This document shows, one piece after another, positions 58,755 through 64,000 of a stretch of DNA of 64,000 bases. Source of the stretch: Armatimonadota bacterium (GTDB lineage: Bacteria > Armatimonadota > HRBIN16); NCBI GenBank assembly GCA_963677485.1, contig OY781964.1, positions 2,624,001 through 2,688,000 of the forward strand. Reading direction: 5' to 3'. The translations under genes were made by a program, and so were the position numbers. The notes below the pieces were generated by a model that searched no databases, was not told where the DNA came from, and worked only from the letters and a program-made list of their open reading frames with translations. Within the stretch, counting starts at the first letter, position 1, and every line of letters starts with the position of its first letter.

Positions 58755-60899
58755 ATGAATTTTTGGTTACTGCGCGGAATAGTGATAATGAGCGCGATCG
58801 TGATGTGCAGCGGTGCTGTGTACGCCAAGACAGAGACCAATAAGGATAAGCAAATGGCAGAGATTCAGAAGCTCGATTTAATTCCGCAACCGCAGCAGGT
58901 GAAGGTCACCGGCAAGGGGTTCCAGCCCAAGCAAGCAAAAGCGATCTGTGTGGCGGATACGCCTGATAGCCGGTTTTCAGCCAGACTATTGCGGCAGGCA
59001 CTCCGCGAGAGCTTCGGTGTCGACTGCGAGATCGTGCTTCAGCCGGCATCCAACCCCCAGCCGAATGGGCTCACGCTCTCCGCCAGTGATGCAGCCGTCT
59101 CAGCACCTCTTTCGCCCTCAGAAGACAAGGCGGAGGGTTATGCGCTGCGGGTCAGTGAGAATGATGCGGTCATCGCAGGATCCGACAGTGCCGGTCTGTT
59201 CTACGGCGTGCAGACCTTGATCCAACTGATCGAACAGTCGGAGCGTGAAAAGCACGAAATCCCAGGGATGCTGCTGAACGATTGGCCCACATTTGGATTA
59301 CGCGCCAGCTACATCGACAGTGATCAGTTCAAAGGCTCGATCAGGGTGACGCGGGGCAACATCGAAAGCATGATCAAGCAAATGAGCAAGTTCAAATTAA
59401 ACTACATGGTCATCGAGATGTATAACCTGATGCCGTTTAAGTCCTTCCCGTATTGTGCCGACGAAGATACGCTAAGCATCGCTGACTGGAACTACCTGGT
59501 CGAGTTGGCTCACCGCTACCACGTGATCATCATGCCCAGCCTGCAGTCTTTCGCGCAAATGTACGATGTGCTCTGGCCGTGTGAGGAGGGCAAGCCCTAC
59601 CGCGAGGGTGATTCGGCCTGGCCAGGAATCATTTGCCCCAGCCGTCCGGAGAACATGGAGCTGCTCAAAGGTCTATACAAGGACCTGATGACGGTGTTCA
59701 AATACAGCCCCTACTTCGGCATCGGCTGCAGTGAGGTCGGCATGGGCTGGACGGAGTTCTGCCCTCGCTGCCAGAAGCGGCTGGACAACGGCGAAACGCT
59801 GAATGACCTCTTCGAAACCCATGTGCGTGACTGTGTGGCGGCCGTGAAGTCGGCAGCCAAAGAGCTCCACCGTGATGTCCGGCCGTGGATGTGGGCCGAT
59901 GAGTTCTATATGGCCTATTCCCATCGCGGCGGTAACAACTTCGAAGGTATGGATCTGATCGATAAGGATGTGGTGATGTGCCACTGGGCCTATTGGAGCA
60001 AGATATGGTCCAAGCCCTCCATTGGCAACTACGAGGGGATCAAGGGGCTGCTGGAGCGTGGCTACGACGTCTCCTTTGCCTCCGCAAGCTATATATACAA
60101 CAATTACCTGCTGGACCTGTCACCGGGTGAGCCTGGGGAGACCACCATGGACTTCAACGACACCAGCAAAAAGTTCTTTTTGACCGTGGACTCTGGGATA
60201 CAGAATATCGCCGAACAGTCCAAGTGGGCTGATACCTACCAGCAGCAGGTTCCGGCTAACAAGCTGATCGGCGGGGCGTGCGCCACGTTCTCTCAGCATG
60301 ACATCAAGTGCTGGGACACCACATGGTATGCGTATGCGCTTCATGCCGACTATACCTGGGGCGACCCCTCCCGCGCTGTGATGGATTACCGCGAGCGCTT
60401 TAGCTACAAATTCGCAGCCACGTTCTACGGGACTCGAGACAAGAAGACGGCCCAGACCATCGCGGACGCCTATTTAAAGCTGGATGCGGTCAAGACCGAG
60501 ATCGAGCAGAACAACTACCTGATCCGCGATGTCATGGGCGAATACGACATCCAGGACAATGCCTACATCGATAATACGCTGGACAAGTCGCTGGTGTTGA
60601 TCCGTGAGCTGATGTTGAACCCGAAGGGACGAGGCCAAACCATCGCCGATGTGCGTGCCAGGGCAGAGCACGTGAAGTCGGTCACCGCTTCCGTGAGGGG
60701 CGTTCTGGCGAAGCTAGCCCCGAAGCTGAGGAACAGCTATAGCTGGTCATACCTACTGACGGCGGCCCGTAAGATGGAAAACCACGCCACGCGCACCATC
60801 TACATGCTGGACCACGAGCAGACGCTTCAGATGTCGCCTACCACCTGGGATGCCGGTCGGATCGATAAACTGTCGGCACGGCTGACGGCCTTGAGGTAA
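58755..60899 (+). CDS. GH20-like glycoside hydrolase, probably frameshifted near the C-terminus
   Basis: Signal peptide, LIPQPQ, EGYAL...GLFYGVQTLIQL, DWPTFGLR, FKLN and WADEF motifs; coding-like continuation in another frame to 61074. Confidence 0.78.
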   Translation: MNFWLLRGIVIMSAIVMCSGAVYAKTETNKDKQMAEIQKLDLIPQPQQVKVTGKGFQPKQAKAICVADTPDSRFSARLLRQALRESFGVDCEIVLQPASNPQPNGLTLSASDAAVSAPLSPSEDKAEGYALRVSENDAVIAGSDSAGLFYGVQTLIQLIEQSEREKHEIPGMLLNDWPTFGLRASYIDSDQFKGSIRVTRGNIESMIKQMSKFKLNYMVIEMYNLMPFKSFPYCADEDTLSIADWNYLVELAHRYHVIIMPSLQSFAQMYDVLWPCEEGKPYREGDSAWPGIICPSRPENMELLKGLYKDLMTVFKYSPYFGIGCSEVGMGWTEFCPRCQKRLDNGETLNDLFETHVRDCVAAVKSAAKELHRDVRPWMWADEFYMAYSHRGGNNFEGMDLIDKDVVMCHWAYWSKIWSKPSIGNYEGIKGLLERGYDVSFASASYIYNNYLLDLSPGEPGETTMDFNDTSKKFFLTVDSGIQNIAEQSKWADTYQQQVPANKLIGGACATFSQHDIKCWDTTWYAYALHADYTWGDPSRAVMDYRERFSYKFAATFYGTRDKKTAQTIADAYLKLDAVKTEIEQNNYLIRDVMGEYDIQDNAYIDNTLDKSLVLIRELMLNPKGRGQTIADVRARAEHVKSVTASVRGVLAKLAPKLRNSYSWSYLLTAARKMENHATRTIYMLDHEQTLQMSPTTWDAGRIDKLSARLTALR

Positions 60900-61111
60900 C
60901 GAAACACGCGTGATCGCCGATGAGATGAACGAGCTGACCTGGGGCAGGGGCGTCTCGGCAGCTCCCTGGAGCCCCAGCGGCGACACCACGGGCTACACGG
61001 CCACATTGGCCATGCTGGATCAGTTCGCCGTCAAGCTGGCTGAGGTCCGCCGTGAGGGGATTGGGCCAGAGTGAGGGTTTCTGTACGGTGGGTGGAAATC
61101 CGTAAAATATT

Positions 61112-61275
61112 GCCTATGTCCGGGGCGGTCTGGGCGATGGCTTGCGATGACCACTGGATTTGGACCGCGCCGGTCTTGTTCCCGACATCAAGCTTGCGGG
61201 CTATCCGCCAGACCGACGCGGTCTTGAGCTTCCTGTAACCGCAGGTGTTCTGCCAGACCGCCCCGGACATAGGCA
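61112..61275. repeat. Inverted repeat pair (GCCTATGTCCGGGGCGGTCTGG family)
   Basis: GCCTATGTCCGGGGCGGTCTGG ... CCAGACCGCCCCGGACATAGGC. Confidence 0.8.
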
Positions 61276-61321
61276 ATCGTGGCTGATTAGTTATAAAACA
61301 AAACCATAGCAGGTGAGTGAC

Positions 61322-63091
61322 ATGAAAATCACACGCAGAGATGCCCTAAAAGGAATGGTTGCCGGAGCCAGTGTGCTGGCCTGCGGCATGGAAACTAAGG
61401 AGGTACAAGCACAAGTGCAGACGAAACAGAAAGCCATCGAGCGCGAGGGTGCGTTGTTCTGGCTCGAGACCACGCTGAAGCGGATTTACCCCAACTCGCA
61501 GCCGGGCAGTGCAGAGCCGCTCAAGCTGGCGGCTGCACGCGGCGAACGCATCTCCTTCCAGGCCTGTGTGCGCAACACGCGCATGATGCCCATCAGGGTG
61601 AAAGCGGCCGTGGGTGGGGCCGATGGCTTGGCTCCGCAGATCCGTCGCGTGGGTTATGTGCCGATGATGCACCTGAACTCCGATTCGCCCAGGGAGGAAA
61701 CAGACGGCATCGGGCACACCCCTGGTCTGGTGCCTGACCCGCTCTTCCCTACGGATGTCGCGGAAGTAGGCCCAGAGGAGAACATGGCCTTCTGGATCAA
61801 TCTCACCGTGCCGGCAGATGCAGCCACCGGTGTCAGGAAGCTGAGGGCCACCCTGACCATCAACGCGGAATACTACTTCCCCGGCTGGCAGGAGAAGCCC
61901 CCGGTCTCTGTGGATTTGGAGCTGGAGCTGGATGTCAAACCGCTGGTGCTGAAGCCCCGCAAGGCGTTCCCGGCCACGCAGTGGATTAACATCGAATCGA
62001 TCTGGGACTACTACAAGATCGAGCCCTTCTGCGAGCGGTTCTGGGAGCTGGCTGAGGCTTACATAGCCGATATGACCAGGCACGGCTTCAACGTGATCTA
62101 CAGCCCGATTTTCAACAATCGTCATGAGATCATGCCCCGCCCCGGCCAGTTGCTGAAGGTGCGCAGGACGGCACCCGATGTGTATGAGTTTGATTTCAGC
62201 GACATCCGCCGATGGATACGCATCGCGCTCAAGCATGGCGCGGAGCATCTGGAGTGGACGCACCTCTTCACCCCGGCACCCACCAGCGGGAGACACCCTC
62301 AGCGCGTTTTCGAGCGTTGGGAGAAGACCGGCGCCATGCTCTGGCCGTCCGAAACGCTCGCCACATCGGATACCTACCGCCGTTTTTTGATGCAATTGCT
62401 GCCGGCGTTCAAGAAGGTGCTGGAGGAGGAGAATGCACTGGCGGCCTCCCTGTTCCACTGCGCGGATGAGCCGGATGGCCCCGAACAGATCGCCGATTAC
62501 CGCACCGCCCGGGCGATGCTGACCGAGATTGCCCCGTGGATGAAGGTGCTGGACGCCATGAGCGACACCCTCTTCGCCAAAGAGGGGCTGTGCGACATGC
62601 CGGTGCCCAGCATCGCCACGGCGCACATATTCGATCAGGCGGGATGCCCGCACTGGGTGTATTTCTGCTGTGGCCCGCGCGGCGAATGGCTGCAGAGGCT
62701 GTTCGACACCCCGCTGCCCAAAATCCGCATGGCTGGGTGGCTGTTCTACAAGCTCAAGGCGAAGGGTTTCCTACACTGGGGTCACAACTACTGGTATAAA
62801 TTCTGCACGGGTGAAATTCTGGACCCGTTCCAGGATGGATCCACCGGCTTCTGGCCAGGTATGCCATACGGTGATGCGTTTGTGGTCTACCCGGGGCCCG
62901 ATGGGCCGATCGACTCCATCCGCTGGGAGGTGCTGGCCGAATCGATGCAGGACTACGCGCTGCTGCAGTCGGCGGGGATCAACCCGGATGCGATGCTTCT
63001 GGAAGAGCTGAAGAGCTACGCGGTATTCCCCAAGAGCGAGCAGTGGCTGAAGCACGCCCGTGAACTGGTTTTCTCGCAAGGTGCCGGGTAG
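61322..63091 (+). CDS. Tat-exported DUF4091/GH123-like protein
   Basis: TRRDALKG twin-arginine signal; RGERISFQ, ADEP, WVYFCCGP, GFLHWG, VVYPG and SIRWEVLAESMQDY motifs. Confidence 0.8.
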   Translation: MKITRRDALKGMVAGASVLACGMETKEVQAQVQTKQKAIEREGALFWLETTLKRIYPNSQPGSAEPLKLAAARGERISFQACVRNTRMMPIRVKAAVGGADGLAPQIRRVGYVPMMHLNSDSPREETDGIGHTPGLVPDPLFPTDVAEVGPEENMAFWINLTVPADAATGVRKLRATLTINAEYYFPGWQEKPPVSVDLELELDVKPLVLKPRKAFPATQWINIESIWDYYKIEPFCERFWELAEAYIADMTRHGFNVIYSPIFNNRHEIMPRPGQLLKVRRTAPDVYEFDFSDIRRWIRIALKHGAEHLEWTHLFTPAPTSGRHPQRVFERWEKTGAMLWPSETLATSDTYRRFLMQLLPAFKKVLEEENALAASLFHCADEPDGPEQIADYRTARAMLTEIAPWMKVLDAMSDTLFAKEGLCDMPVPSIATAHIFDQAGCPHWVYFCCGPRGEWLQRLFDTPLPKIRMAGWLFYKLKAKGFLHWGHNYWYKFCTGEILDPFQDGSTGFWPGMPYGDAFVVYPGPDGPIDSIRWEVLAESMQDYALLQSAGINPDAMLLEELKSYAVFPKSEQWLKHARELVFSQGAG

Positions 63092-63197
63092 CCTGCCTTC
63101 AGCCAACACCCTAAAAGCTGTACACTACTATCAGATGTAACTACTCAGCCATGGGTGAATTATGTCGGAGATAATGATTCGTAATGCCGCTGACCAC

Positions 63198-63434
63198 TTC
63201 CGGACACCCACAAAGTGGGTAAGACTCTTTACAGCCACGGGTGAGCGAAGCGATACCCGTGGTAGGCAGACAGATACCATTTACCCCGAAGGGGTCTACT
63301 GTGGCGACTTGCGAGAGCGATTACAGCAAAAAAGGCGACCCACTTCGGGGTAGGAAAAGTGCAACCTTTACCAGGGGTATCGCTTCGCTCACCCCTGGCT
63401 ATAAGAATCTTACCCACTTCGTGGGTGCCCGGAG
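63198..63434. repeat. Inverted pair of the long REP-like repeat core
   Basis: CCGGACACCCACAAAGTGGGTAAGA...GGTGAGCGAAGCGATACCC facing GGGGTATCGCTTCGCTCACCCCTGGCTATAAGAATCTTACCCACTTCGTGGGTGCCCGG. Confidence 0.85.
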
Positions 63435-63611
63435 GGAAACTCACGGAGTTCGCCAACCATATTTCGGTGGATGGTATGACAATATTGCCCGCTTCGCGTG
63501 TACCCGTAGGGATGCCTTCTGCCAATAGTCTATATGCAAAATGATACTGGCAGTATTATCTGATGGCTGAGTTGTGACAAACAGATTACGACACTCGGGA
63601 AGTAACGATTA

Positions 63612-64000
63612 GTGGATAAACTCAACGGCCTTCACCTTGCGCAGGTCTTGCATGCGCAGGTTGAGGGGAACCCCTCATTTTCAATCGATAGTATCAGTAT
63701 CGATTCTCGCCGCATCGGATCGGATGCGCTGTTTTTTGCTCTGAAGGGACACCATGTCGACGGGTCGCAGTTCGTCGGTTCGGCGTTCCGCAACGGAGCG
63801 GTGGCTTGCGTCGTAAGCCAAGACTACCGGGGCACAGAGGCAGGCGTGCTGCTGCGTGTGGATGACCCCTTGCTGGCGCTGCAGAGGCTGGCGGCCTGGT
63901 GGCGCGACCAGTTTACCGGCAAGGTGATCGCGGTGACCGGCAGCAACGGCAAGACCATCGCCAAAGATGCGCTGGTCAAGATATTGCTCAGTCAGCGATA
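63612..64000 (+). CDS. Second MurF-like protein, N-terminal part only (possibly a MurF-alanine racemase fusion)
   Basis: Manual translation from GTG 63612: ...SIDSRR...LFFALKGHHVDG...DDPLLALQRLA...IAVTGSNGKTIAK; runs off the window. Confidence 0.8.
   Translation, partial: MDKLNGLHLAQVLHAQVEGNPSFSIDSISIDSRRIGSDALFFALKGHHVDGSQFVGSAFRNGAVACVVSQDYRGTEAGVLLRVDDPLLALQRLAAWWRDQFTGKVIAVTGSNGKTIAKDALVKILLSQR

Overview
Bacterial chromosomal window with moderately high GC. Positions 1-12.7 kb hold a dcw cluster (murF-mraY-murD-ftsW-murG-murC-ddl-ftsQ-DUF881-sbp-ftsZ) with no murB or ftsA inside it. Positions 13.1-22.4 kb are a translationally coupled operon of unknown product: UbiA prenyltransferase, radical SAM, DAG-kinase-like, ThiL-like, flavin oxidoreductase, oxoamine synthase, SDR and a secreted beta-helix protein. 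Next come three paralogous secreted glycosidase-like genes, a complete trp operon with a Trp-rich leader peptide and attenuator, prs, tRNA-Ser(TGA), and a carbohydrate-enzyme-rich accessory region. There are two nested mobile elements, each sitting in a palindromic repeat. (1) A class IIC group II intron (25881-29423) lies in a REP-like repeat. Its RT is split by a 1656-bp element with no terminal inverted repeats that encodes a Rep-like protein of no IS family I can assign. (2) An IS110/IS621-like element (43677-48038) lies at the CT core of a GTAG REP. Its bridge-RNA target and donor guides can be read directly from the sequence, and its recombinase is split by an IS21. All calls come from reading the sequence and motif recognition; no database search or folding was run.
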